From Takakia lepidozioides (taxonomy: Eukaryota; Plantae; Bryophyta): 64,000 nt of DNA. The notes under the pieces are model-generated. The model was not told where the DNA came from, did not search any database, and was given only the letters and a program-made list of their open reading frames with translations. The DNA is taken from positions 34,410,001-34,474,000 of the forward strand of contig CM060732.1 of NCBI GenBank assembly GCA_030704615.1, read 5' to 3'. A program made the position numbers and the translations under genes. The first letter of the stretch is position 1, and each line of letters opens with the position of its first letter. Of the stretch, positions 1 through 12,221 are shown one piece after another.

Positions 1-238
1 GACTGCTCACAATTCAGGCCCTTGAGGAGGGGAAAAATTAACCCCCTTTCAGATAAGCCATTAGGCACACATGATTAAGCAACTTATGGCTGTTTCGTGC
101 TCCGTTAGTGACTGAAATGGGAAACGTCACCACCAGACCAACCGGTCACGAACGATCCACACACCAGGCAGGGCAGCGGGTTTGAACCCGGAACCACCAG
201 GGCGACACACTGTGCACTTACCAGCTGATGTGCAAGTG
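1..238 (-). mobile_element. tRNA-derived SINE-like element (partial)
   Basis: On the minus strand an A-box-like CACATCAGCTGGTAAG is followed by the B-box GGTTCAAACCC (plus strand gggtttgaacc, ~178-188). Bases 71-117 recur as an exact reverse complement at 30042-30088, so the sequence is dispersed. Confidence 0.55.
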
Positions 239-3200
239 TTATTTGTTAACAAATGCTTACCCCCCTCTTCATTGTTTTGCCCTTAATAAATGTTAAGTGC
301 ACCATAAAGGCTATGACATATGCTCAAGCTAGCTTGAGATAAGCTCCATAATTAAGTTCTAGTTAAGTTAATATTGATTACATCCTAAAACATCACCAAT
401 CATAGGATCATAAGGTAATACTAACGCGATTATAAATTAATACAATACAGCAAAATATATGTTTAGCGTTTGTAGACTTGAGATGGAGGTTGTTTTTGAG
501 AGACACAATCGCCTATGTGCTAGTTGTACCTACATCGGTGTTTTCGAAAGTATATGGTATTGAGATTATGACTCTAACTGCTCGTGTAAAAGAATTGGAT
601 GTTGTGTAAGTGTCATCTTGTAAATGTTTTTGGGCGGTGTCCCATGTGAAAGCCTTCAGGGCGAGGTTACCGTGTGAAAGAGGTCATATTCTCCTCTCAC
701 TAAAATTAGGGGGCCTGATTATGAGCTGTCGCTCCCAGGTGTTTCCTTTTTTAAAGGAAAAACAAATGTTAATGTTCTTTATTACGACCTCCCTAAATGA
801 TAATGTGTTAACTTTGTCTAAATGTTAAAATTTTCTTATTCCCGCCGTTAACATTTTATCCAAGTGCAGGCGTGAGCACAAAAACACGGCAATAGGGTAC
901 ACATGTTTTCACGGAAATAGAATTCATGCGAATATGGTTCCAGAATATCGAAAAAGTTAGTTGTGTGCCCATTTATGTGCCTATCTCTCTTCCTATTTTG
1001 TCCCTAATTATGTCCCTAAACCCTACAGCCTAATTAAAATAGGCATTCGTAATGTATATCTTCAAGCTTCAAAATTCACATATCTACAGGTTTGGTATCC
1101 TACAAAAGAATAACACATTAGGGAAAAACAATGTTACAGTAACCAACACCATCCAAATCACACAAATATCAAACAATACTTGAACAATTTAATATAATGA
1201 GACAAACAACGGGTTTTGGTAGCGAAGTAAATCAAGGTATCGGGTTTCGCAAGCGCAATAATATATTTCGTCAGCAAAATTTCTAGGTATCGATTCGTAC
1301 GTCATTATCCAATGGTTTCATGGGCGAAACAAAATGTGTTGTGTTTGATTTTGCATATAAGAGCATGCCCAGCAAGCGCTCTATCTGGCGTGCTATCATC
1401 AACATAGCGCGGCCGTCCAGATCGCACATCCCCAGCAGCACCTTCACGCGCTTCAACATGGTGAGCCTCACCAAAAATCCTTACACTTCCGCGCTATCTT
1501 CCTGCCCTTTGGTGTGTGGCATTCGTAGGTATATACATATACGGTCATTTTTAGTGAACGACTATTTGTAAGTGGGCAGCCTTATGTTTTTTCTAAGAAA
1601 TAATAGTTTTTCTTTTTTAAGAATAGTTTTCGGGAGTTGAAAAATGCACATTGTAGGAAGTTAAGGGTTTAGTGGTATTTATAATCGTTGCGGTCTGAAA
1701 TTCTGGTTATTTTTATTTTTATTTCCCTTCTAAGTACTCTTTTACGGTTAGAGCATCCCCACCCTACAGTGAACCCAACACACCAACGGAGTACAACGGT
1801 ATACATTTTCGAGGTGGGCGGAAAACGTCCACACCTTTGCCCACGAACCCTATATCCCATAAAGGGCAGGCACTATACATATCTCCGTGCCCTAAACCAA
1901 AGCGCAGTATACAGGGCTGAACCTGCCCCTGAAACCAAATCAGCGTGACCATGACCATGACAGAGCGCGTGTCAGCAGTTTGGCTGCGACCATGTCCCCT
2001 CCTACCAATGGGAATGCTAGAGGGGAATAGGATAGCTAGAAGATCGAGGGGTTCGAGTGTGCGCGAGTTGCCCGGCCTGTCCCACCACATAACCAACAAG
2101 GCCTCAATCAATTACGTTGTCTTTGGCGTTACGGTGAGTCTTTCGGGCTCAAGGGTAGGAATGCTAGTTGTTATTATCCCCTAAAAGGCGATGCGACCCG
2201 TTTTGGGTCGCGTTTTTTTTTTCACTTAGCTTTACAGGGTCAGGATGGGTATCTGATGGAGGTGGGCCTCAAAGCAAAGTTGTAGCTTATGTTGTCAGCT
2301 ATTGAATGCACAAAACCCCATGTCATTTGGCGCCGCCTAGATTTTGGACATGTACTAAAAGTGCAGATTTTGTGTGGTGTGCAAGTTTGAGCGTGTTGAC
2401 TTCGTGACATGGGCCAAAGAGCGCCTGGGGCTGCTACATCCCCTGATCCAAACTTGGAAATTCCAACTATGAATTGGTACAATCTCTTTGTATTCCTACC
2501 TGGCATTTACAGTCAGCCCTCAATATTTGTTAATCTTTGGGAGTAAGAAAAAAATCGTAACACTTAAAGGATTGTAACACTTTAACGGATACAAATTTAG
2601 GATAATGAAAAGTAACATTTATAAAGTTCACTCTTACATAATGAGCCCTAAAAAATGTTCACGTTAATAGAATTACGATGAGGGCAAAATCGACATCAGG
2701 GCTGATGATCTACAGGCAGTGAAGGTTGGAAGAAAGATTATATACATGTCTGATGTAAATGTGAGATTATCAATATCTCTACACCCTTTGTAAATTTCTC
2801 TAACTTGTCTACCAAGTGCATGACATCTGTGGACATCTGCTGCAAGAAATGATGCAATGTTTCAAGAGCAACATTTGCATATTAAAAACCTACTGGGGTT
2901 AAACTTTGATCAGTAACTATACATTCACTCTCTTCTTCCTCTTCTATTGCTTGAGGCCCCAGCATCTTCAGTATCACTGCTTCACTTAATAGTTCCCTGC
3001 TTTCACTTAATGCTTGTCCACTAGAGTCTCTATTGTTAAGCACATTTATATATGCCCACTTGACTTCATCATAGCCTTAACTTGAGTGAATGAAGAGCAC
3101 TTCAATACATACACATGGTCATTATTTAAAGAGGGGAGTAATCACTGTTTAATAGTTAAACACTTAACGCTTGCATAGTTCACGCAAGTAGGGAGTAAGA

Positions 3201-5013
3201 ATTATGCTTAACACATATAGTTTTTAACGCTTATGGAGGTAACAGATATGGAAGGCCAACTGTCCTCACTGGTGCAATTTATTTTTTCATGGAAAATTAT
3301 CGTTGCTTGCAGAGTCTTGTTCATTTTACCCACAAGTACCCCTAAGCAGCTACATACAAAGGGGGCACTAAATCATTACATGCTGAAATTTGGACACAAT
3401 GTACTTGGAGCAATTTGTCAAAAATTGTAATGGAACCCATAAGTGGAACGTGAAGTTGAAAATTGGTGGTCAAACCAAGTTTTTCTATGAGTTTTTGTAT
3501 AAGCATGCAAATTGGGGGTACAGTATGTATAATCTGCTCATTCCAACGCCAAAAACTCTCCTCCTTTCGGGCATGAATGTTATGTTTTTTATGCTCTTTA
3601 CGCATAACATATAAAAAGGGCAGACTGTAATGGACGATGTTTGACTTGCCGAGTAGTCCACTTACTACCTCACTAATGCCTATACTTATAAACAAGCAAA
3701 CTTTTGAAATATTTAATTTTTTGTCAACGCAGCAGTAATGCGACCACACATCCAGCTGCATTATAATAACACAACATTACTGCGGCATTCCCTTCCCATT
3801 GTCCCAACATTTGTGAGCCCTAAAACGTCAAGGACAACGGGGATGTGGACGTTACGCACTGGACCCCGCTAACCGGGTCGTGGGCCCCTGCCTTCATTGC
3901 GTGCCTGCCCCACCACCTAACCGAACAATCTTCCATCAATCTTTCAATTCCAGACGGACCAAACAAACATGGATGTGCCCAGCCGCGGTCGGCCACCACA
4001 CCGCTTCTGAGTACCGAGACCTAAAACAACTGGCAGTTGGGATGATCATCCATGTAGCGATGCCGCCAAGATTGTGATGCCTATTTGGAGGGTGTGATTA
4101 CATCCAGGATTCGGATTGATTTTTGGACCTTGTGAACGGATAGCAACCGAAATCTGTGGATGATATTCTTTGGTGCGGCCGGATGTAGTTTGGAAGTGAA
4201 TGCCGTCACAAAAGATGCGCCACTGCACATTCGCTACCATACTCGAGCGCCGTCCGGTCAGCCCGCCAAGGCCAGTGACCGGAACCGGCGGCAGGGGGGA
4301 CGGACGCAGAGGGTGAGTGAGAGCGTGACGCACGGCAGACGTCCGTCAGTAGCGGCCGCCTCGACGTCACTTCTGCCGTGCTCGCTTTGGTTGTTGGCTG
4401 CCTTCCAGTGTTGGGAGGGGTCGTCATCGCCGGTGCGCGCTCTCTTTCAGCGTGGAGGTGCATTCCCCTCAGGTCTCGGTTTGCATGTCATACAAGTTTC
4501 TGACAAACCATCTCCTGCTGCTGTATATTCTTTTTCTCTTTGATCTTGTCCGCCACCACCGATGCATTGGTCTGGTTCACTTCTGGTCGGGAATTGCTCC
4601 TCGGTATTCCAGTTCCATAGCGTGACTGTCTTCTACAGTTAAATGTTACTGTGTTCTTGAATCCATTGTTCTGTCTCCAGGTGGAATGGTATGTCTCATG
4701 AATCAGAATTGGAGGTTTAGCAATTTGCTGCAAGGCGACAATTCATCCCGCTGCTTCGCGGTATAGAGTCTAACTCGTCTTGATGTTTTCCTGCTCTTCA
4801 GCACTTGTTGTTTCAACGGTGGAGGCGGTGCACATGGCAGGATATCAGTGTCAACTTTTCCTGCCCGATATACGCTGTTGGTGTTCTCAATGGGATAAGA
4901 AGACGTAGCTCCATGAGCGATATCAGCATCCTTCACTCGTAAACATTCTTCCTCTTCGGTAGGAGGTTCTTTCACGGTAGATGGCCTTCATTCAATGCAC
5001 GTCCTGAAGTCTC

Positions 5014-6588
5014 ATGTTAGCTTCTGATTGCCGAGGAAGTGTGAATACTAGAGCCACAGACAGCGGGGCAGAAAGTGTTGTCGGATATATGGCGAGTTCA
5101 ACAGATAATCTGGATTTATGTGCTCCCACCGATGGTCAAGGAGGGGTTGCAATCACAAACCATTCCTTCGGATGGCTCAGCCCGAGAATTTCCTTTTCAA
5201 CCTTTGTGGATGAAAGCGCAGGTGCTGGAATTGCAATGTTGGATACTTGTCGAAGGGACGAGAAAGTAGGTAAAGATTATGGAGCAGATTTCGAGTTTTG
5301 CATGGCCGTAGCTTCTCCTGTGTCCAACGCACACATGTTGCCGGCTGACGAGCTTTTTCACAAGGGCAAGCTGCTGCCTCTCTACCTCCCTCCTCGAAGT
5401 CAGACAGAGATTCTGGAACGACAGGTGAAGACGCCTGTGAGTATTTCGAGACACATCAGTATGGATAGCTCGAAGACACACTCTCCGTCTCCTGGATGTG
5501 CGGGTCTAGGAGGCACATGTGCGCGATCTCCCAAATCAGCGAGGTGGAGGGATCTATTTGGAGGATTGCGCAGAGTCCGTTCCGATGGGGGAAGAGAGAA
5601 TGCTCCACAAGACTCTTTGCACCCTCCCGATCCTAACGCATCCGGTGCATGCGCACCCTTAGGCAAGCAACCTTTCTCCCCGCGGTCTTTGCGTTTAATC
5701 TTTGGAAGATTTTCGTCAGCTGATGGAAAGGCTTTAGAGACTTCCTCTCCCCGCACCATACGGACAGTGCTGAATGCTTCAAATTCTCCCCTGACCTCTC
5801 CTCCCGCTGCATCCTCCGTTGCTCCTATCTCAGCCTCTGTCGGTGAGTGCAGTGTGCCATCTACCTCTTCCAGGAAGAACGTCTCGCTCGCTGCTGAGTT
5901 ACGTGGCCCTCCTTCTCCAGGCTTGTCTCCACTTCGTGTCAGATCCTCAGTATCTCCTAGTGCATCATGGAACGGAGGTGTGGAAGATCCACGAGAGAGG
6001 CGGGGCAGTGCTAGAGCCAAGGAAAATTTACTGGCGAGAGGAGCTAGTATTAGCACGCAAGGCGACCTAAGACAAGACGCTGTCAGAACCAAGACCCGGA
6101 GTGATCCCGGTGTGATCGATAGGAATATGGACAGGAGTTTGCCAATCGGTCCGTCAAAAGGCCGGGGTATTAGTAGGGCCCCGAGTGTTCCTGCGGGGGT
6201 ATCTGCGCCTTTAGGTCCCCCCAGGCTTGCTGTGCGAAAATCGGAGAGAGGAGGTAGCCCTGTTAGATCCACTTCAGCTCGAATTGTGTTGAAGAATTTG
6301 GAGAGGTGTAGCAGCCCGGGTGGTAAAGCAAGCGGGAAGGCACAGGAGCAGCTGAGGGCCTTACGAGCTAGGGAGATAAAGCGAAGCCCGGAGAGGCCAA
6401 CGTCCTACTCTTCGAGCGTGCGAGTCACACCCGTGCTGAATGTGCCTGTGGCATGTATGGGCCCTGTGCTTCGGGGATCAAATGTGTCTAACCGCCGTTT
6501 CTGGAATCTTCGCTCGCTCTTGTTATTTCGAAAGGAAAAGGGTATCAAGCTGCCCTCGAGCGCTACAAGCAGCAGCAGCAGCCACTGA
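5014..6588 (+). CDS. Plant Ser/Pro/Arg-rich protein of the SPRISFS / DFEF / ADELF-GKLLP / PVLNVP family (membrane-associated kinase regulator-like)
   Basis: The 524-aa ORF carries the family motifs WLSPRISFS, DFEFC, MLPADELFHKGKLLPL, SPKSARWRDLF and the C-terminal TPVLNVPV. The coding region is a single exon. The true start could be the ATG at 5089. Confidence 0.8.
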   Translation: MLASDCRGSVNTRATDSGAESVVGYMASSTDNLDLCAPTDGQGGVAITNHSFGWLSPRISFSTFVDESAGAGIAMLDTCRRDEKVGKDYGADFEFCMAVASPVSNAHMLPADELFHKGKLLPLYLPPRSQTEILERQVKTPVSISRHISMDSSKTHSPSPGCAGLGGTCARSPKSARWRDLFGGLRRVRSDGGRENAPQDSLHPPDPNASGACAPLGKQPFSPRSLRLIFGRFSSADGKALETSSPRTIRTVLNASNSPLTSPPAASSVAPISASVGECSVPSTSSRKNVSLAAELRGPPSPGLSPLRVRSSVSPSASWNGGVEDPRERRGSARAKENLLARGASISTQGDLRQDAVRTKTRSDPGVIDRNMDRSLPIGPSKGRGISRAPSVPAGVSAPLGPPRLAVRKSERGGSPVRSTSARIVLKNLERCSSPGGKASGKAQEQLRALRAREIKRSPERPTSYSSSVRVTPVLNVPVACMGPVLRGSNVSNRRFWNLRSLLLFRKEKGIKLPSSATSSSSSH

Positions 6589-7853
6589 GATGTGTGACAG
6601 CAGAAGGGTTTGCACACATGGCTACCTCTTGTGATCTTCAACCTAAGGATGGGGGTTTAGGAGAAGCAAAGTCTGCTGCAAGCTGGTTACGCCCGGGATT
6701 CAGCACGTTTGATTTTCTTCCGTCTTCGAAGGTCCAAACTCAAGTCTCACTTACAACAAATGCCCCCCTTCTTTGGGGAGTAAATAGCACAAACCATCTA
6801 GTGTATAGTGCCCAAATGGATGCTTGGAAATTGCAGATTTAGTGATCAGGATCTGCTCATGCGCATAGTTAGTGACAGGGAGGCTGACTTCAGAAACGCA
6901 GAAGTTAGGCTGGTTTAGATTAGATGGTCAAGATGGCTGCCTCCTCCCTAGGTTGCAGTACTTGCAGTTGTAAAACTTAGCTTTGGAGGCAGTCCCGGAA
7001 ATTTTTCAAGCATTAGAGAAGCAGATGTAACATGATCCGGTGTCAGGTCTTGACAGAACTGGAGAGAAAAGGGGACATGGAAGTGAAGAACCATGCACCC
7101 CGTCGAAGTTTTGAATTCTCTTTTCTCCTTTTTCTCTGGGCCTCTCAAGTATTGCGTGAATGTCACTGGGAGTTCAAACTTTCCAGAGTTGTGTACAATT
7201 TGCTGGAAAAGTACTTAATACGTCTCTGCTGGGGCTATCTTCTGATGCAACATCACTAGTTAACACAGTCTCCCAAGCTGGAGACCAGCTATATGCAGCT
7301 TCTATCGAGCCAGCTCCATAATGTTCTTCTCTGAGGGAATTCAAGGTGCAAGGGGACTATCTCCAATATGAAGAAGAAAACCTGGAAGCCATGGAAATCT
7401 CCGAAGAGGTCATGCAGAGATCACCGATCACTCTGAAGCTTCTAACAAGCACTTAGCTTGATCTATCATGCATACTGTTCATATATAGAGATTCGAGAAC
7501 TACCTAGTAGAGGTCAGAAATACACTGCCCATTGCGTTAGCTACCGCATCACTGCAATCGCACTACCTGGAATTACAAAGCATGCAGATTGTACCTAGGC
7601 CAAATGATGATTCACTAGTATATTACATACACCAGGAGATATATAAAACAAATATGTGGAAGCTTCTGAGGAACTTGGCAGAGGGAATCTTGTGTGGTCT
7701 CAGGGGCTGCTTCCGACGAAGCTGCCAGTGAAGGTAAACGTATAAGATGGCGCGCCATGGCAGACATCGCAGCGTGAGCGTGATCGGACAGAGATTTATT
7801 AGGTTTGCAGATTGCACTAAGTAGTACTAATCTGTCTCACTGCGGAGGGTAGA

Positions 7854-10313
7854 ATGGGGCACAGCAAGATTCTGATTGTGGGAGCAACGGGATACATTGG
7901 AAAGTACCTTGCCGAGGCCAGCGTTCGCCTCGGCCATCCCACCTTCGTCCTCGTCCGGCCATCCACAGCGTCTAATCCCGACAAGAAAGAGCTCCTTGAC
8001 TCATTCCAAGCCGCTGGGATCACAATCTTGCATGTAAGCAATTCATCTTGTCCCAGCTTACGGGTGTAGAGAGGAATTAGGATGTGGATTGGAATTGCAG
8101 CTGACCCAAAGAGGGAAGTGCATACTGTTTCAAGCATCACTATTCTTCATCACTATTCTTCATCACCTCGATGTTTGTATCAATATTGACATGCACTACT
8201 TGCTACACGCGGGCACATTTTTTGTACAGGCTTGCAAGTTACAGTCCAGTGCATGTACCCAATGGAGGGCTGTCAAAGAAATAATTACGTTCAATTCAGT
8301 GGCCCAATTGGGGTTGTGATGCGAACTGATTCGATTGAGGCAAATTTTCCAGAGTGTTCATGATATTAACCGCTCACTAGGCAGGTGATCATTCCACTAA
8401 TTCGTGATTTATGAGAGACGTTGTTCGCTTATCCAACACTGTCCGAAGATGAGTAATGCAGGGGGATATAACAGACTATGACAGCCTGGTGGCGGCCTTG
8501 AAGCAAGTCGATATCGTAATATCCGCAGTCGCTGCTCCACAATTTCTTGACCAGCTCAAGCTCGTTGAGGCAATCAAAGAAGTGGGTCACATTAAGGTAT
8601 CCTGTCAAACAGAGATTTGCATTGCACTATTGGACAAGTGTAGATAGCACGGTTACTCGACCAGTAAGTGAGAAGTCTAATCCTAGAAGATCTGATGGTT
8701 AATGTTCACTAACAATCCCATTAGAGATGAGATTTCCCTAGGGTTCGAGATCCCGGCACAAACTGTCAGATGAGAATTTGACTTAAAAGCTGGACCTATT
8801 TGATCTAAGCCTTGAATATGGATTCATGTACAGTATCCTCTTCAATTGAAGAAACTTACTACTGCTTACAGACCACCTTTTGATACCTTTGTCATCTATA
8901 GGTCTGGAATATTTAATCATAAAGTGCAATTGTCACTCTTGAAATACAATGACAATTACATACTCTTCAGAAGTTTGAAGGGGTTAGTATCCTGCATTCA
9001 TGACCTAACAGGTGTGAACCTGGATTTTAAGTATACCCTACAGAATTGCAAGCACATTCTAGTTGCAAGCGCCGACGGAGTTGGCATGCCAGGTTACAAT
9101 TTCTCAAGGTCTAGAAAGCTGTGACTGAACAAATAGAGCTGTTCTTCATGATCTATTTGGTGTGCAGAGATTCTTTCCTTCAGAGTTTGGTGGTGACGCT
9201 GAGAGAATTACTCTTTTCAAGCAATCGGAGCACCTTTATAAGCCTAAAACACAAGTGATACACGCAGTCGAAGATGCGGGCATCCCATACACGCGCGTGA
9301 TCAGCAATTGCTTTATGCGATACTTTTTTCCTGCTATAGACATCAGATTGGACCCCCAGTTGCAAAAGATCAACATTTGGGGTACTGGCAATGTGAAAGG
9401 TTTGTGCTTATTCCTCACATTTTGTATGCGTGTCTCATGAATTGGCTAAAAAACCAAAGGCTGTGCAGAGTTAGAAAGAAAGCTGAATTTCTAGAATCAT
9501 TCGTCCATGGCACTTAACATAGTTGACTAACTTTGTGCCTTAAATGATCCCACCTGTCCTGACGGTTGGAGCAGCTATCTTTGTGGACGAAACCGATATT
9601 GCAACTTTTACTATCAAAGCAGCGGACGATCCCCGCACTCTGAACAAAAAGGTCGTGTTGCGCCCAGGACAGAACATTCTCACAGTCAATGAGCTTGTGG
9701 GGCGGTTGGAGAAGAAGATAGGCCACGAATTGGAAAAAAATTATATTTCAGGAGATTCACTACTGAAGAAAATTGAAGGTAAACTAAGGGACTGCTACTT
9801 ACCAATGTTTTTGTGCCAAAGAGGTTAGAGAGGCTCGCCATGTCTGAAGATTGTGAGACTGAATCTGCCCAGGTGCCTCATCACTGTAGTTGTGTACATA
9901 TCATAGTGCTCTCCCCAGGGCAGCGGCGTCCTCTTCACTCACGCTCCCACTTCTGCAAGTGAATGGTAGGGGTCCCTTTACCGCCGTAGGGGGTTTGAAT
10001 ATCTCCGCCCAAGTTCTACCACAGCACTGAACTAGACAGCCTTTTCAAGGACCTGAAAGCATGTTACTTAAAGACTTTTGGATAAGGACCAATTTGGAAT
10101 TTGGATAGCAATTGTTGCCCTGCATGATTCTAATGGCCGTCACCTGTGCCTGTCCATGCAGAGACAACTCCTCAAGCGGGTCTTCTTGCCCTCCTGTACG
10201 CCATTCTCGTGGCAGGCGACACTGCTAACTATGAGCTGGGTTCTGAAGAGGTGGAGGCAACTGAGCTTTACCCACATGTCAAATATGTGACAGTAGATGA
10301 CTCCATCAACTAA
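7854..10313 (+). CDS. Isoflavone reductase-like / PCBER-PLR (NmrA-like, PIP family) NADPH-dependent reductase, 5 exons
   Basis: Exons 7854-8033, 8462-8596, 9168-9399, 9575-9778 and 10162-10313 have GT-AG borders and join in frame. Motifs: KILIVGATGYIG (NADPH binding), RFFPSEFG, a conserved Lys (LYKPK), DPRTLNK and EATELYPHVKY. Confidence 0.93.
9913..10040 (-). mobile_element. Possible degenerate tRNA-derived SINE in reductase intron 4
   Basis: The minus strand reads TAGTTCAGTGCTGTGGTAGAAC ... ATTCAAACCCC, resembling A and B boxes, followed by a GC-rich body. Confidence 0.3.
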
Positions 10314-10834
10314 CTTCTCTAGGTTGGGATTTTAGGTCGGGCAAGCACTCGAGACTTGACTTTCCGTCAGCAGGTTTTGGTTTTCAATAAATTCATGCCC
10401 CTGTGGTAGAGAGTTCTGTGTACTGGGCCATAACTGTTATGATATCTATAACACACTTTCTAGAGTGTGGAGGAGGTGATGGATTATGCCTGTATACACC
10501 AGTATTGTGTGTGTTACATGATACCACCACACTCACTGTATATATCACACACACACTCAAATGTACAAGGCAAGCAGCTCATGAGATATGAAGGAGTGTA
10601 GCCTGCTCCAAAACTCAATGAGCTTGTTTATGAGTATGAATTTATACATCACAACAGTCATTATTATTTAAATCTCTTCACGGTGGTTTCTTCAACTATG
10701 GTATGAATAGGAAATTGGCTGGGTGCACAATATGTGAGGGGTCAGGGTACGAGGGTGCACATGTCAGGGAGGGCATGTCCAGCCCCAATGGCCCGCCATG
10801 ATGCTTCATTTCTTACCACATGTATAGGGCGGGC

Positions 10835-11222
10835 CTGCCCCTATTCTTTATTTTAAAGAATTGGCTGGATGATGTGCCGACGACGGATTGCAAGGTGGTT
10901 TTGCACGGGATCACGGATTTCTTTTTGTCGGAAGACAATTTGATTGATAAATATGAGGACCTCATTGCAGATGCTGATTATTTGACGATGAGGGTTGCAA
11001 TCCGTCTTCGCTTGCTTCAATTTGGATACTAAAAGCTACAACGTTGTTATTATGTAATGCAAAGACTGAATTTTGCAGCACAACAATTAATTTCTTTGTG
11101 AAATCAACTGTAAATTCGATACATATTAATGATTTAGTGGTTATTCTTATTTTTATTTTCTACTATTTATACCCAGGTTGATAACTGGCTCGTATTAGAT
11201 TGGAATACCCACTCCAGGCATG
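10835..11222 (+). mobile_element. hAT transposon 3' remnant
   Basis: The translation LFFILKNWLDDVPTTDCK...LIDKYEDLI resembles the C-terminus (IFVxKNWPxDxRxGCK) of bryophyte-type hAT transposases. The segment at 11148-11215 resembles the hAT-like end at 20170-20232. Confidence 0.4.
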
Positions 11223-11323
11223 GATGAAATGCCGGCTGAGTTTTTCAAAGCCCTATGGTCATCCATCTCATCTGACTTTTTGGCTTTGGCCAATGATATT
11301 TTGGCCAAAAACATTATGCCGTC

Positions 11324-11605
11324 CAGTGTTTTTTAATCTGGCGAAAAATCGCCAGATTTCGACCTGGAAAATGGGTCAGCTACTTTTACTAAGGAATTAC
11401 GGGAGTAAAAATTGAAAAAATCGCCAGAAAGCGCCAATGGTCAAATATCAGAAGCCTGATTTGTCCTACGTGGACTTGTTAAAATATGACACCTGTAATA
11501 TAGCCACTTTTCTATGTCACCTCGTTACTCTCGCCATATGGGCACTGGGTAGAATCTACAAGTCGCCCTGCCTGCGATTATGGAAAAGTGAAAAAAAAAA
11601 CACCG
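11324..11605. mobile_element. hAT-superfamily MITE with 8-bp target-site duplication
   Basis: Termini are CAGTGTTTTTT and AAAAAACACCG, an inverted repeat with 1 mismatch. Flanks are ATGCCGTC (11316-11323) and ATGCCATC (11606-11613). Internal TGGCGA/TCGCCA subterminal motifs are present. Confidence 0.8.
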
Positions 11606-12221
11606 ATGCCATCGCAGCTTTCTCAAGGGGTCATTGCAAGACATTTACAGTCAAGCTGGAGAGGGTTCCTTGTTCGGTTCGGAAGAGGAGGAAATCATTG
11701 TATTTTACATCGCTTAGAGAGAGGCTGAGATCAAGAGAGCAAATGACGATGCGTCGCATGCAAGATGGTGCAATGCTTAGGCAGCATGTGAACTTGGAGA
11801 CAGATCAAGCAGAAGAGCATGTAGGAAGTGAGAGTGAGGTCGCCACAGTCGTAGCGACGGCTGGAGCAGTGAGCGTAGGTAACCAGACAGTGCCAACCGA
11901 GTTCATGCCCGAAGACAACAGAACAGGAGGAGGAGCAGTGGACGCCATACAGGGAGGAAGTCTGCAAACCCTACATCAGACAGAAATGGTGATCATTCAA
12001 TATCCGCATAATATTGTTTTTATTAGTCTTGATGTTTTCCCTTCCATGTGGGATTCAATACATTGTTTTTTCTTATGTTCAAACCAATGAAAAAGAGAAG
12101 AGGAAAGCTGAAGAGGGCGATCCGAGCGATGCAGCCACGAAGCCGAAGAAGGCGAAGGGATCCGTAAGTTCTCTCAAACGCACTTCTCCCTCTTTACTGA
12201 TGGTCCCCAGATGTGAGAAAA

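Noticed and set aside
150-235. Functional tRNA gene
   Set aside because: A/B boxes are present but there is no complete cloverleaf, so a SINE head fits better.
250-3800. AT-rich region with short ORFs, possible old TE remnants
   Set aside because: No convincing domain, TIR or TSD identified by eye.
5400-6272. 290-aa minus-strand ORF
   Set aside because: Antisense shadow of the Ser/Pro-rich 5014-6588 gene, with no motifs of its own.
11437-11742. N-terminus of the 217-aa ORF
   Set aside because: It starts inside the hAT MITE, so the credible start is 11743.
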